DNA of 64,000 nt. Origin: Candidatus Sumerlaeaceae bacterium (GTDB taxonomy: Bacteria > Sumerlaeota > Sumerlaeia > Sumerlaeales > Sumerlaeaceae). Shown here piece after piece: positions 20,128 to 30,613 of the stretch (within the stretch, counting starts at the first letter, position 1; each line of letters begins with the position of its first letter). The position numbers were made by a program, and so were the translations under genes. The DNA lies in NCBI GenBank assembly GCA_051003195.1, contig JBPCLP010000030.1, positions 1 through 64,000 on the forward strand. The letters are read 5' to 3'. The notes below the pieces were generated by a model that was given only the letters and a program-made list of their open reading frames with translations, did not search any database and was not told where the DNA came from.

Positions 20128-21203
20128 GTGGCCCCATGCCACGTGACCCTGTCATGGTGCATTTACGGACAGGGATCGCAATCCCAGCATCACCCCTTGC
20201 ACTCACTAATGAACGCAAGTTTGATGAACGCCGCCAGCGCGCTCTCTATCGTTACTATATGGATGCGGGCAGTGGCGGAGTGGCAGTCGCCGTTCACACG
20301 ACACAGTTTGAAATTCGTGAACCACGGCACGGGTTGTTTGAGCCGGTGCTGCGGCTGGCTGCCGAGTGTTTGCGCGAGCCACGCGCCGGCGTGGATGTGA
20401 ATGCCCTGGTTCGAATCTCCGGTGTTTGCGGACACACCGACCAGGCTGTTCGAGAGGCGTCCCTCGCGGCTGAGTTAAACTATGATGCAGTGCTGCTCAG
20501 TCTTGCCGCTCTCAAAAATGCATCTGACGACGAACTGATCGCCCATTGCAGCACGGTGGCAGACATCATGCCGCTTATCGGCTTTTACCTGCAGCCGGCA
20601 GTGGGGGGACGCGTGTTGCCTTACACGTTCTGGCGCCGCTTTGCGGGAATTAAAAACGTGATCGCTGTAAAGATCGCCCCGTTCAATCGATACCAGACAC
20701 TCGAAGTTGTTCGGGCTATTTTCGATTCCGGCCGCGGCAAAGAAATCTGCCTCTACACCGGTAACGACGACAACATCATCCCAGATCTCATCACGCCTTT
20801 CAATTTACGCTCAGCCGAAGGTTTTATCGAAAGTCTTCACATTGTGGGTGGTTTATTGGGACAGTTCAGTGTGTGGACAAAGACAGCAGTTGAGATGGTG
20901 CGCGAAGCACGGGCTGTTGGACATTGCGCAAGCGAGAAATACCATGATCTGCTTGGACGCGGGGTTCAGCTTACCGATGCCAACGCTGCTGTCTTTGACG
21001 CCGCGAATCAGTTCGCTGGCTGCATTCCCGGCATCAACGAAGTATTACGGCGGCAGGGGCTGCTGGCCAATAACTACTGTCTGAACCCGCACGAGGTGCT
21101 TTCTCCAGGCCAGGCGGAGGAGCTTGATCGTGTGAACAAGGCATACAAGTGGCTCGTGGATGATGAGTTTGTACAGGAGCACCTGGATGAATGGATGAGA
21201 TAA
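20124..21203 (+). CDS. Dihydrodipicolinate synthase-like (class I aldolase) protein
   Basis: VAVHTTQFEIR, GFYLQPAVGG, IKIAPFNRY-like lysine motif, LYTGNDD; GTG overlaps the upstream stop (alternative start ATG 20136). Confidence 0.82.
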   Translation: MSGPMPRDPVMVHLRTGIAIPASPLALTNERKFDERRQRALYRYYMDAGSGGVAVAVHTTQFEIREPRHGLFEPVLRLAAECLREPRAGVDVNALVRISGVCGHTDQAVREASLAAELNYDAVLLSLAALKNASDDELIAHCSTVADIMPLIGFYLQPAVGGRVLPYTFWRRFAGIKNVIAVKIAPFNRYQTLEVVRAIFDSGRGKEICLYTGNDDNIIPDLITPFNLRSAEGFIESLHIVGGLLGQFSVWTKTAVEMVREARAVGHCASEKYHDLLGRGVQLTDANAAVFDAANQFAGCIPGINEVLRRQGLLANNYCLNPHEVLSPGQAEELDRVNKAYKWLVDDEFVQEHLDEWMR

Positions 21204-21230
21204 ACGTGAGTTCTGAACTGGAGTAGTAGA

Positions 21231-22127
21231 ATGGAAAAACGTCTCTTCGGAAATACAGATATGCAGGTCACTCTACTGGGTTTTGGCGGCGCGGAGATTG
21301 GCTACGAGGGCGCCGCGCAGGAAACAGTGACAGAGTTGCTCAATGCCGCCCTTGATGCGGGGCTGAATGTCATCGATACGGCGGAATGTTATGTAAATTC
21401 TGAGGAAATGATCGGGAAAGCTGTGTCCAGCAGGCGCGGAGAGTTTCACCTGTTCACCAAGGTCGGGCATTATGATCCCAGTGGTAAAGGTGGCTGGAAC
21501 AAGGAGTCCATCGCGGGCAGCATTGAACGCAGCCTCAAGCTGCTGAAGACCAGTGTTCTTGATCTCGTGCAGCTTCACAGTTGTTCATTGGAGGAGCTTA
21601 AAAAGGGCGATGTGATTCAGGCACTGCAGGCGGCGCGCGACCGGGGACAGACGCGGTATATCGGCTACAGCGGTGATAGTGATGCCGCGCGCTATGCCGT
21701 CGAATGCGGTGCTTTCGATACGTTGCAGACAAGCATCAATATCGCTGATCAGGAAGCCATCGAACTAACGCTGCCACTCGCGTCTAAACGAAAAATGGGC
21801 GTGATCGCGAAGCGGCCAATCGCCAATACGGCGTGGAAATACACTAGCCGCCCTTCGGAAAACTACCACGTCCCGTACTGGGAGCGCCTCGCAAAACTGC
21901 AGTATCCGTTCACCGCGGGTGAGATAAACGACGCAGTGTCCACGGCGATGCGCTTCACCGCGAGCCAGCCCGGGGTGCATACGATGATTGTCGGAACCAA
22001 GCAACCGGGCCGTTGGCGCAGCAACGCAGCATTGCTCGAGGCTGGTGCTCTCCCGACCGATCAAATCGGTGCTATTCGCAGCCGCTGGAGCGAAGTTGCG
22101 GATGACAGTTGGGTTGGACAGACATAA
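21231..22127 (+). CDS. Aldo/keto reductase
   Basis: LGFGG, IDTAECY, SEEMIG, SLKLL, DLVQLH, IGYSG. Confidence 0.92.
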   Translation: MEKRLFGNTDMQVTLLGFGGAEIGYEGAAQETVTELLNAALDAGLNVIDTAECYVNSEEMIGKAVSSRRGEFHLFTKVGHYDPSGKGGWNKESIAGSIERSLKLLKTSVLDLVQLHSCSLEELKKGDVIQALQAARDRGQTRYIGYSGDSDAARYAVECGAFDTLQTSINIADQEAIELTLPLASKRKMGVIAKRPIANTAWKYTSRPSENYHVPYWERLAKLQYPFTAGEINDAVSTAMRFTASQPGVHTMIVGTKQPGRWRSNAALLEAGALPTDQIGAIRSRWSEVADDSWVGQT

Positions 22128-22170
22128 TCTTATCTAAGCACGACGGTTTAATTGCCAACAGGAGCGCAAA

Positions 22171-22653
22171 ATGAACTCATCGACTCTGGTGAACCGGACT
22201 TTAGTGGCCACTATAATTGGAGCCGCTATTTTAATACCAGTCGCTGCCAGCGCACAGGGGGCGATCGAAAGCGGGGCGAGCCGCCCAACCCAGGGCGCAA
22301 CATTTCTTGGTGGAAAGCGCGCTGCCGGCGCACGGCCGGTGGCTGCACAAGGCAGTACGCGCTCGCTCTCAAGTGCCATGGCTGCTTTGCAGGCGGATCT
22401 GCGCCGTCTTCCTACTACGACCGAGGGTTTGTCCATCCTCATCGAGCGACCGCCGGGGGTAAAGAATTGGAAGGGTCCGTATGTCACCGTTGGACCGGGA
22501 AGCATAACAGATAAGCCATTCGTAGATCCATGGGGCACCGAGTACCGCTATACAAACACAACGCGCGCCAGCGAGCAGCCTTCGTTCGAGATTCGTTCAG
22601 CCGGACCGGACGGGATATTCGACAATCCCGATGACCTGGTGATTAAGGGCTAG
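22171..22653 (+). CDS. Secreted protein with GspG (T2SS pseudopilin) globular domain
   Basis: PTTTEGLSILIERP, WKGPY, DPWGTEYRY, SAGPDG..DD; Sec-type signal peptide instead of a prepilin motif. Confidence 0.75.
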   Translation: MNSSTLVNRTLVATIIGAAILIPVAASAQGAIESGASRPTQGATFLGGKRAAGARPVAAQGSTRSLSSAMAALQADLRRLPTTTEGLSILIERPPGVKNWKGPYVTVGPGSITDKPFVDPWGTEYRYTNTTRASEQPSFEIRSAGPDGIFDNPDDLVIKG

Positions 22654-22660
22654 CAGGACA

Positions 22661-23692
22661 TCAACTGCCTGAAGTGCGGACTTCTTCAATTACAGAGCGC
22701 AGATACTCAGCGGCGTGTTCCGGCAACACCGAGTTAATGAACGTGCCGGTGCCGTATTCGAATCCCGCGACACGATGCCCACGAGGCATGATTTCTATAT
22801 GCCAGTGATAGTGTTCCTGCACGGGAGCTTGTCTGCTGTGGTAGGATTTCTCCGGCATGTCGGGCGCCGAATGAAAAATGATGTGATACGGAGTGTCCGG
22901 AGTGGCGGTTGCGAATGCGGTTACGGTGGTCAGCAACACATCGGCGAGTTCCGGCAGCAAGTCGTCAGAGATGGTATGAAACGCGGACGCGTGCTCTCTC
23001 GGGTAAATCCATGTTTCGAACGGAAACTTTGCAGCAAAGGGTTCAAGAGCTACAAAACTCTCATTCTGAAAGACAACACGATTGCCACGGCGGTCTTCGG
23101 CAATCATATCGCAGAAGAGGCAGCGCTCTTTGACATTCCAATACTCATACGAATGCGCCAGTTCTTCCCGGACCACACGCGGTAGAATCGGCAACGCAAT
23201 AACCTGTGAGTGCGGATGGGCGTCCGTAACGCCGATGGCTTCACCTGAGTTGCGGAATATCTGCACGTAACGAAAGCGCGAGTCTTTAAGAAGATCGCGT
23301 GAACGTTCGCGGCAGACGTAAAGAATGTCGCGCATGTGCTCCTTTGAGAAATCCAGAAGCGACGCATGGTGATCCGGGCTCTCGATGATCACTTCGTGCG
23401 CGCCTATCCCATTCATCCGGTCGTAGGGACCCTCGCCGCTTTTCTGGATTTTTCCTTCGATCCGCAACACAGCGAACTGGTTTGGAATCGCCCGGACCCG
23501 CCAGCTCAGTCCATCTGTATTTTTGAGGGTCAGTACATCTTTTGGAGTCATGGACTCGTTACCCGGGCAAAAGGCACACGTGCCGGTTTTCGCCGGGACC
23601 GGACGGTTGGCAGCCGACGCCGGCCTCGCAAAGCGGTCTTCGGCGAAGATTACCCACCCATGGGTCAGCGGATCGCGGCGTAACGATGACAT
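22661..23692 (-). CDS. galT: Galactose-1-phosphate uridylyltransferase (GalT family)
   Basis: LRRDPLT, CAFCPGNE, GAHEVIIESPDH, catalytic HPHSQ, CLFCD, YHWHIEI. Confidence 0.92.
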   Translation of the reverse strand: MSSLRRDPLTHGWVIFAEDRFARPASAANRPVPAKTGTCAFCPGNESMTPKDVLTLKNTDGLSWRVRAIPNQFAVLRIEGKIQKSGEGPYDRMNGIGAHEVIIESPDHHASLLDFSKEHMRDILYVCRERSRDLLKDSRFRYVQIFRNSGEAIGVTDAHPHSQVIALPILPRVVREELAHSYEYWNVKERCLFCDMIAEDRRGNRVVFQNESFVALEPFAAKFPFETWIYPREHASAFHTISDDLLPELADVLLTTVTAFATATPDTPYHIIFHSAPDMPEKSYHSRQAPVQEHYHWHIEIMPRGHRVAGFEYGTGTFINSVLPEHAAEYLRSVIEEVRTSGS

Positions 23693-23928
23693 TGCTGGAA
23701 TTTATGATCCGTCGCGGCAAGCGCAAGCTCTGTGTGCACGAGGCTTACGTAAAGATCCGATCAATTTGAACCAGCATGGGAGTTCACTTTTTTACGAATG
23801 CCCGCGCGTTTAGATTGAATGAAGTGTTCTTAGAGCATTCGACCGCAGAAGCGCAGTTCAAGCTTGAACGAGCTGTCAGCCTGGGGCCGGATGCCGTGGC
23901 TTAAATCATTCGGGGGCACATTTCAACC

Positions 23929-25011
23929 ATGAGTAGCGCAACACTTTCATCGGAATCCGCGATCGGACGCATTACTGAACTTCTCGGCGACCAGGCCGAT
24001 CCGCTTTTGAACTATAAGGCGAAAGTCGGCAAGGATGTACTGCATCTGCCGGGGCGCGACTACGTCGATGAGGTGTTTATGCAGAGCGATCGTTCCCCGC
24101 GTGTGCTGCGTGCGTTACAGGAAATCTTTAACAATGGCCGGCTTGCCGGCACGGGTTACGTGTCGATTTTGCCGGTGGATCAGGGGATAGAACACAGCGC
24201 CGGTGGCAGCTTCGCGCCGAATCCCATCTATTTCGATCCAGAAAACATCGTGAAGCTCGCCATTGAAGGCGGCTGTAATGCGGTCGCTTCAACCTTTGGA
24301 GTGCTGGGTGCCGTTTCGCGCAAGTATGCGCACAAAATTCCCTTTATCGTAAAGATTAACCACAACGAATTCCTATCGTTTCCGAATCGGTATGACCAAG
24401 TGATGTTCGGTGAGATTGAGCAGGCGTACAACATGGGCGCGGTGGCAGTCGGTGCCACGATTTATTTTGGAAGTGATGAGAGCACGCGTCAGATCCAGGA
24501 GGTGAGCCAGGCTTTCGCACGTGCACACGAGTTGGGTATGGCCACGATTCTCTGGTGCTACCTGCGCAACTCAGGCTTCAAGGTGGACGGTGTGGATTAC
24601 CACACTGCTGCCGACCTTACCGGCCAGGCAAACCATCTCGGCGTGACCATCCAGGCTGACATTATTAAGCAGAAGCTGCCGACGAACAACGGCGGCTACA
24701 ACGCGACCAAACACGGTAAAACGCACAAGAAAGTCTACAGCGATTTGTCATCCGACAACCCGATCGATCTCACCCGTTACCAGGTGCTGAACTGCTACAA
24801 CGGCCGCGCAGGGCTGATCAACAGCGGCGGCGAATCACTCGGCCAGGGTGATATGGCGCAGGCTGTGACCACCGCGGTGGTAAACAAGCGCGCAGGTGGC
24901 ATGGGTCTCATCAGCGGTCGCAAGGCGTTCCAGCGTCCAATGAACGAGGGAGTGGAACTCCTCAATGCGATCCAGGATGTCTATCTGTGTGATGAGGTCA
25001 CTATAGCGTAA
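23929..25011 (+). CDS. fbaB: Class I fructose-bisphosphate aldolase
   Basis: [37 protein letters not shown]. Confidence 0.96.
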   Translation: MSSATLSSESAIGRITELLGDQADPLLNYKAKVGKDVLHLPGRDYVDEVFMQSDRSPRVLRALQEIFNNGRLAGTGYVSILPVDQGIEHSAGGSFAPNPIYFDPENIVKLAIEGGCNAVASTFGVLGAVSRKYAHKIPFIVKINHNEFLSFPNRYDQVMFGEIEQAYNMGAVAVGATIYFGSDESTRQIQEVSQAFARAHELGMATILWCYLRNSGFKVDGVDYHTAADLTGQANHLGVTIQADIIKQKLPTNNGGYNATKHGKTHKKVYSDLSSDNPIDLTRYQVLNCYNGRAGLINSGGESLGQGDMAQAVTTAVVNKRAGGMGLISGRKAFQRPMNEGVELLNAIQDVYLCDEVTIA

Positions 25012-25034
25012 TTCGCATAGAGTCCATCGACTTC

Positions 25035-25748
25035 TCAGTTAACGGCGGCTTCGGCACCAACTGCAGGAGCCGTCGTTTTTGTATCCTCCAGGATCTTGCC
25101 GTCTTTTACATGGATCGAGCGGCTACAGTGGTCGGCGATATCGTGCTCGTGCGTGACGATGATCAAAGTTACACCCTGGGCATTCAGCTCCTGGAAGAGA
25201 TTCATGATTTCTTCGCTCGTGCGGCTGTCGAGGTTTCCCGTTGGCTCATCTGCGAGAATAATGGTCGGGCTGGTAACCAGTGCGCGTGCGAGGGCTACGC
25301 GCTGACGCTGTCCGCCCGATAGTTGGTTTGGCTCGTGATGGGAACGATCCGCCAGTCCGACGCGTTTCAGAGCCTCCAATGCGCGCTCCCTGGGTTTGCG
25401 AACACCCGAGTAAAGCAGCGGCACCTCCACATTTTCGAGCGCACTCATGCGCGCTAACAGATTGAAACTCTGAAACACGAAGCCTATCTTTCGGTTTCGG
25501 ATTCGAGCAAGTTGCGTAGAGTTGAGTTTGCTCACATCCTCGCTATCCAGGATGTAGCGTCCGGAAGTTGGGCGATCCAGGCACCCGATGATATTCATCA
25601 GCGTACTTTTGCCGCTGCCGGAGCTGCCGATGATCGCTGCCATTTCACCAGGAACGATCTGAAACGACACGCCGTCCAGGGCGCGCACTTCCTGCTCACC
25701 CATGAAATACGTCTTTATGAGGTCGACGACCTCGATACTCGGATTCAT
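25035..25748 (-). CDS. ABC transporter ATP-binding protein (MacB/LolD type)
   Basis: [43 protein letters not shown]. Confidence 0.95.
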   Translation of the reverse strand: MNPSIEVVDLIKTYFMGEQEVRALDGVSFQIVPGEMAAIIGSSGSGKSTLMNIIGCLDRPTSGRYILDSEDVSKLNSTQLARIRNRKIGFVFQSFNLLARMSALENVEVPLLYSGVRKPRERALEALKRVGLADRSHHEPNQLSGGQRQRVALARALVTSPTIILADEPTGNLDSRTSEEIMNLFQELNAQGVTLIIVTHEHDIADHCSRSIHVKDGKILEDTKTTAPAVGAEAAVN

Positions 25749-27170
25749 TTAACGACCGCGGCTGCTGCTGCCGCCACCGCTACTACTACGTCCGCCACTC
25801 GCGCCGCTGCCACTCATGGACCATGCTGCGCGCTGCATGCCGCGGCTGAAGTTCTGCCCACTACCCGCCGCAGCGTCACCAGGTCCCCGCGCCCAACGGC
25901 TCGCCACGCTGGCCGGCAGTGCCACTTCGGCGCCTTCGGCAAGTCCTTCGGTCACTTCGGTATTTAATCCGTCCGTCAATCCCGTCTTCACCTGGACACG
26001 CGTCGTTGTGGTGCCGCCATCCCTGGGCACCTCCACATAGTACCCGCCACGCCCAAACTGCACGGCTTCGTTCGGTAACGTCAAGACGGCCTCACGGCGA
26101 TCCGCCTGCACGTCCACGTTAGCAGTCATCTCAGGCTTCAACAGTGCATGCCCTTCGCCCTGAACCTCGATTTTTACTTCAAAAGTTACTACATTGCTAT
26201 TGGTCACGCCCTTGCTTGCCACTCGTACTACTTCGCCGCGAAACCGCCTGCCGGGGTAAGCGTCCGCGGTGATCATCGTGCGCTGCCCGACCTGCACTTT
26301 TCCAATGTCCGATTCGTCTACGTTCGCGCTCACGAAGATCCGCGATAAATCACTGATCGTCATTAGCGTCGTGCCGCCCCCAACATTAGAAATTCCTGAG
26401 GCGATAATCTGACCTGTCTGCACCGGGCGCGAAGTGACCACACCATCCATCGGCGCAAAAATCTTGGTTTCCTTCAGCCGCTGAAGCGCATTCTGCATGT
26501 TAATCTCAACACGCCGCAATTCCGCAAGATTGAGCTGTACGTCCTGCTTCCGCAATTCGACTGTTCGTGGCAGGTTGCGCAACTCCGCAAAGCGGACCTC
26601 GGCCTGACGAACCGCACGCTGAGACGCAGAAGCCTCGCTGCGCGCGACGTCCACCTCTTCAATGCTGACCAGCCGCTTTTTGTAAAGGTCCTGCTGGCGT
26701 TCGTATTTGGACTGGCTCTCCTGCGATTTTACGCGTGCGGATTCCAGCTCAGCAATGGCCGTTGACGTGCCAGTGTCCACGTCGCTCTGTGACATCTTCA
26801 GTTGCTCTTCCGCTTGCGTTAGTTTGGCCTTGGCCGATAACATTGCCGCATGCTGCTGCGCCACGTTGCGATCTTCATCCACCGGATCGAGTTCGGCCAG
26901 CAAAGAACCCGAAGTAACGATGTCACTGATGTCATACGGCAGCTTAACAATCTGTCCGCTGGCCTTCGACTTAATTTCTACGTCGAGATTCGACACAACC
27001 TTCCCAGTCGTCGATACACGTAAATCAATGGTACCCAATTCCACCTTGATGGTCTTAGTCTTAGGCGCGGCCTCACCGGCCGCACTTGCAGCCGCATTCT
27101 TTTTCATGACGAATGCAGCTACAGCACCGGCGACGGCCAGCATGACGATTATCAGCAGGAACTTCTTCAA
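25749..27170 (-). CDS. Efflux periplasmic adaptor subunit (MacA-like)
   Basis: N-terminal anchor, EIKSKASGQI, coiled coil, IFAPMDGVV, VDESDIGKV, LKPEMTA, Gly/Ser-rich tail. Confidence 0.92.
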   Translation of the reverse strand: MKKFLLIIVMLAVAGAVAAFVMKKNAAASAAGEAAPKTKTIKVELGTIDLRVSTTGKVVSNLDVEIKSKASGQIVKLPYDISDIVTSGSLLAELDPVDEDRNVAQQHAAMLSAKAKLTQAEEQLKMSQSDVDTGTSTAIAELESARVKSQESQSKYERQQDLYKKRLVSIEEVDVARSEASASQRAVRQAEVRFAELRNLPRTVELRKQDVQLNLAELRRVEINMQNALQRLKETKIFAPMDGVVTSRPVQTGQIIASGISNVGGGTTLMTISDLSRIFVSANVDESDIGKVQVGQRTMITADAYPGRRFRGEVVRVASKGVTNSNVVTFEVKIEVQGEGHALLKPEMTANVDVQADRREAVLTLPNEAVQFGRGGYYVEVPRDGGTTTTRVQVKTGLTDGLNTEVTEGLAEGAEVALPASVASRWARGPGDAAAGSGQNFSRGMQRAAWSMSGSGASGGRSSSGGGSSSRGR

Positions 27171-27172
27171 AC

Positions 27173-29269
27173 TTAAGGAACACCACTTTCAGGGGTAATT
27201 CGGACGGGCTCGATTCCACGCCGTTGCAACGCGGTCCCCTCAGCTCTATATAACTCCAGGTAGGCTTTGATGTTCGCAATTTCAGAACGAACCGTATCCA
27301 ATTGTGCCTGCACGAGATCGCGTTGTGCCTGGTTGACGTTAATCTGCGTCGATCTGCCGACGCGAAACTTTTCGCTTTCGGCCTCAAGCTCCCGAATGCG
27401 AAGCGCTTCGGTCACACGCGTGGAATCAATCAGGCGCCGAGTTCGTTCTATTTCGACGATGGCACTCCGTACGTCCACGTCGATAATCTGGCAGAAATTA
27501 CGAATGGCTTCTTCCGCAAGGCGCCGCTGAAAATTCGCACGCCTGTACGCAGCCGTCGCGGCGCGGTTCTGCAGTGGATAGCTGAATTGTACTCCAACCC
27601 GATAGGTCGGGAAATCGCCGTCACGTACTTTGCCGACAGCATGGCTCAAGCGGTCTGACGATCCTGCGAGGCTGTAGTCCGCAACGAGGTCCAATTGCGG
27701 CAGAAGGCCATTCTCTGTGCGCACGACCTCGAGTTCCCCGTTGGCCAGGTCAATCTGCCCCTGTCGCAAATCAGGCCGATAGTATCTTGCCAATCGCACG
27801 CGTTCCTCCGGCACAAGCCGTTCGCTCGGCAGAATCGGGGCCTCGGCCGGATACACAAGCGCTCGCCATCCCGTCGCGAGGCACTCTGGATTAATCAGCC
27901 GCAGGAACTCCAGTTCGCGCTGCTTCAGGTCGGATGCCGCGTTGATCACTGCACTGATGCGGCTGGCTTCTTCTGCCTGTGCACTAAGTGCTTCCAGCGG
28001 CGCGGCACGCCCGACGCGGACGAATTCTTCGGCTCGCAACCTCAGCTGTCTCGCGACGTCGTACGCAGTACGCTGGATCTGCAACGTGCGCAGCGCCAGG
28101 AAAACGTCCCAATACGAATTTTGCACGTCCGTTACAAGATTGATCAAAACCTGCTGGAGCTGATACAATGAGCTCACGAAATCGTTTTTTGCAGTAAATA
28201 CCCGTATCAGGTTCACATCGCATCCAGCCCCGCGAAGCAGGTTCTGGGTTATATTCGCATTCAGGGCGCTGCTGTAGAATGGCTGCGTGCTGTTGCTGCT
28301 GGATCTGGTGGCGTCAAAACCAAGCCGGTAATTTGTTCCTGTGGGAAGGCGGCCGCTCACGCCGATGTTTGCATCCACATCGCGTGATACAGCAGTGTCC
28401 TCTCCCGAACCGGAAAACGTTGTGGTGCCATCGGTAGAGGACGGGCCAAGTGTGGAGCGCTTACTCACCCGGTAAAAAACTCCCGCGTCCAGGTTGGTGT
28501 CGAACTCACTCTCAGCAGACATAATCCCAAAGTTTGAAATCTCCGGTCGCAACTTCTCGACACGCAGATTCTGGTTCGCGCCAAGCGCCTGGCATATGGC
28601 GGCCATCAGGGTGATACGTTTTGCATTCTTGCTGGAACTGGTCAGCCGGTCCAGCTCATCCTGGGGCAGCGGCGTATCCGGCAATATATACTCTGCCGTT
28701 TGTGTTTCTGAACTTAAAAAATCCAGGTCGACAATATCCGAAGTATAGACATCCATCGGTGCGGTGGCCACTGGCATGGTAGTCATGGCATCATAGCCGA
28801 CGGGCGGCATCGAGAGCAGCAGCTTACGAAGGCTTTCACTATCGGTCGTACTGCTCGACACTGAGACAGGAGCGGGCATTTCAACAGACACTGTCGACCG
28901 CTCGGTAACAAGCGACGGAAGCGTGGTGGTGCTGGCGGTAGCAGACGCTGTGGCTGATTCGCTCTTCTTTCGTATGACCTGCGCCACCTGTTTCGGCGAA
29001 CCGGAGAGCACCTGCGGCCTCGAAAAAGTTTCCCGCACACTTTCCCGCGGAGCGGCTGCGGCACCCACGGCCGCATGTTGACCACCATAACTGAGTGCCA
29101 ACAGGATCAACCCCATCCCGGTTTTGCGTGCCGTATTGCGCCCCGTATTTACCTTTGTTATCCCGTTACTGCTTAATTTGCGTGAAGCATTTCTCATAAG
29201 AATCTGCCCGGTTTCTCTACGCATGTCTTTAGCAATTGCAGCCTTTGCTCGGAGCACTTTGTGGGGCAT
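27173..29269 (-). CDS. TolC family outer-membrane efflux protein with long N-terminal extension
   Basis: ALGANQNL, QNLLRGAG, VQNSYWD, LPQLDL, YPLQNRAA, EKFRVG; true start probably a later ATG. Confidence 0.88.
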   Translation of the reverse strand: MPHKVLRAKAAIAKDMRRETGQILMRNASRKLSSNGITKVNTGRNTARKTGMGLILLALSYGGQHAAVGAAAAPRESVRETFSRPQVLSGSPKQVAQVIRKKSESATASATASTTTLPSLVTERSTVSVEMPAPVSVSSSTTDSESLRKLLLSMPPVGYDAMTTMPVATAPMDVYTSDIVDLDFLSSETQTAEYILPDTPLPQDELDRLTSSSKNAKRITLMAAICQALGANQNLRVEKLRPEISNFGIMSAESEFDTNLDAGVFYRVSKRSTLGPSSTDGTTTFSGSGEDTAVSRDVDANIGVSGRLPTGTNYRLGFDATRSSSNSTQPFYSSALNANITQNLLRGAGCDVNLIRVFTAKNDFVSSLYQLQQVLINLVTDVQNSYWDVFLALRTLQIQRTAYDVARQLRLRAEEFVRVGRAAPLEALSAQAEEASRISAVINAASDLKQRELEFLRLINPECLATGWRALVYPAEAPILPSERLVPEERVRLARYYRPDLRQGQIDLANGELEVVRTENGLLPQLDLVADYSLAGSSDRLSHAVGKVRDGDFPTYRVGVQFSYPLQNRAATAAYRRANFQRRLAEEAIRNFCQIIDVDVRSAIVEIERTRRLIDSTRVTEALRIRELEAESEKFRVGRSTQINVNQAQRDLVQAQLDTVRSEIANIKAYLELYRAEGTALQRRGIEPVRITPESGVP

Positions 29270-29313
29270 GACATGTGCGTCAATAGACGATGCGCGCAGA
29301 GTTCGTAATTATG

Positions 29314-30540
29314 TTATTCATATCGCAGCGCATCAATCGGATCCAGCCGTGCTGCCTTCCTTGCGGGATACCAGCCGAAGAAGATTCCCACCAGCACCGA
29401 GAACACAAAAGCCAATGCGACCGGCCACAGTTCCAGTTTGGCCGTGAGGTTCGCATCGCTCAGCCGGGCCATGATTTTATTAAAGGCTAAAATCGAACCC
29501 AACCCGAAGGTTACACCCAGTATTCCACCCGTCAGGCTTACTACTATGGCTTCCAGCAGGAACTGCGTCAGCACGTCGAAGTTTCGCGCACCCAGCGCTT
29601 TCCGAATTCCAATCTCCCGGGTGCGTTCTGTTACGGTAACCAGCATGATGTTCATGATTCCGATTCCGCCGACCAGCAAGGATACCGAGGCCACGCCTGC
29701 CAGCAACATCGTGAAAACGGAAGATACCTGGTTTAGTGAATCCACCATCTCCTGCAGGTTGCGGATGTTAAAGTCATCAGGCTGTTCGGCCTGCAGGCGG
29801 TGTTGACGCCGCAATACCGCTGTCACACTTTCCTGCACCCTGGCCATGTCGGCCCCGTCTTTTACCTGCGCGTAAATGGAACTTAGATAATCGCGCCCCA
29901 TCATCTGTACCATGGCAGTCGTCAACGGGATGATGATCTGGTCGTCCGGGTTAAACCATCCCTGGTCCCCCTTGGATTTGGTAACCCCGACGACGGTGAA
30001 GTTTACGCCCTTAATTTTGATCTGCTCACCCGACGGGTCCATGTCGCCAAACAGGTCGGTCGCTGTCTTTGGCCCCAGCACCGCGACTTTGGAATTACGC
30101 TCCACTTCAGCCTCGGTGAACGCCCGCCCCTTCTCGATCACAAAATTGCGCACCGGGAAGTACGTAACTGTCTCGCCGCTCACGTTCACGCTCGAGTTCT
30201 TGTTCATGTATTTCACCTGGTAGCGGTTGCTGACCTCAGGTGAAACCATGGTAATCTCGGGAACCTGTCGAAGCACCGCCTCGGCATCCTCGGACTTAAG
30301 GTTCTGCTGTGTCCCGGTAAAGGCACCCCCGCCCTGGCGCGCGCCAGCCCGTACGACCAGCAGGTTTGCACCCATGCTGCGTACACTTTCCGTCACCTTT
30401 TCCCGGGTGCCCGCACCGAGACCCAGCATGGCTATTACGGCTGCCACCCCGATGATCACGCCAAGCATCGTAAGGAAACTTCGCAACTTGTTCGAGCCGA
30501 TGCTCTTAAGCGCGACCTTTACAATTGTCCAGAACAGCAT
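29314..30540 (-). CDS. ABC transporter permease (MacB/FtsX family)
   Basis: NKLRSFLTMLGVIIGV, GGIGIMNIMLVTVTERTREIGIRKALGA, QFLLEA, PARKAARLDPIDALRYE. Confidence 0.95.
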   Translation of the reverse strand: MLFWTIVKVALKSIGSNKLRSFLTMLGVIIGVAAVIAMLGLGAGTREKVTESVRSMGANLLVVRAGARQGGGAFTGTQQNLKSEDAEAVLRQVPEITMVSPEVSNRYQVKYMNKNSSVNVSGETVTYFPVRNFVIEKGRAFTEAEVERNSKVAVLGPKTATDLFGDMDPSGEQIKIKGVNFTVVGVTKSKGDQGWFNPDDQIIIPLTTAMVQMMGRDYLSSIYAQVKDGADMARVQESVTAVLRRQHRLQAEQPDDFNIRNLQEMVDSLNQVSSVFTMLLAGVASVSLLVGGIGIMNIMLVTVTERTREIGIRKALGARNFDVLTQFLLEAIVVSLTGGILGVTFGLGSILAFNKIMARLSDANLTAKLELWPVALAFVFSVLVGIFFGWYPARKAARLDPIDALRYE

Positions 30541-30613
30541 GCAAGCGTTACTACAAGCGTAGTAAACTTGCAGTCTATTGAAATCCGAGTATCAGTGAAA
30601 TCCGAGTAATCAG

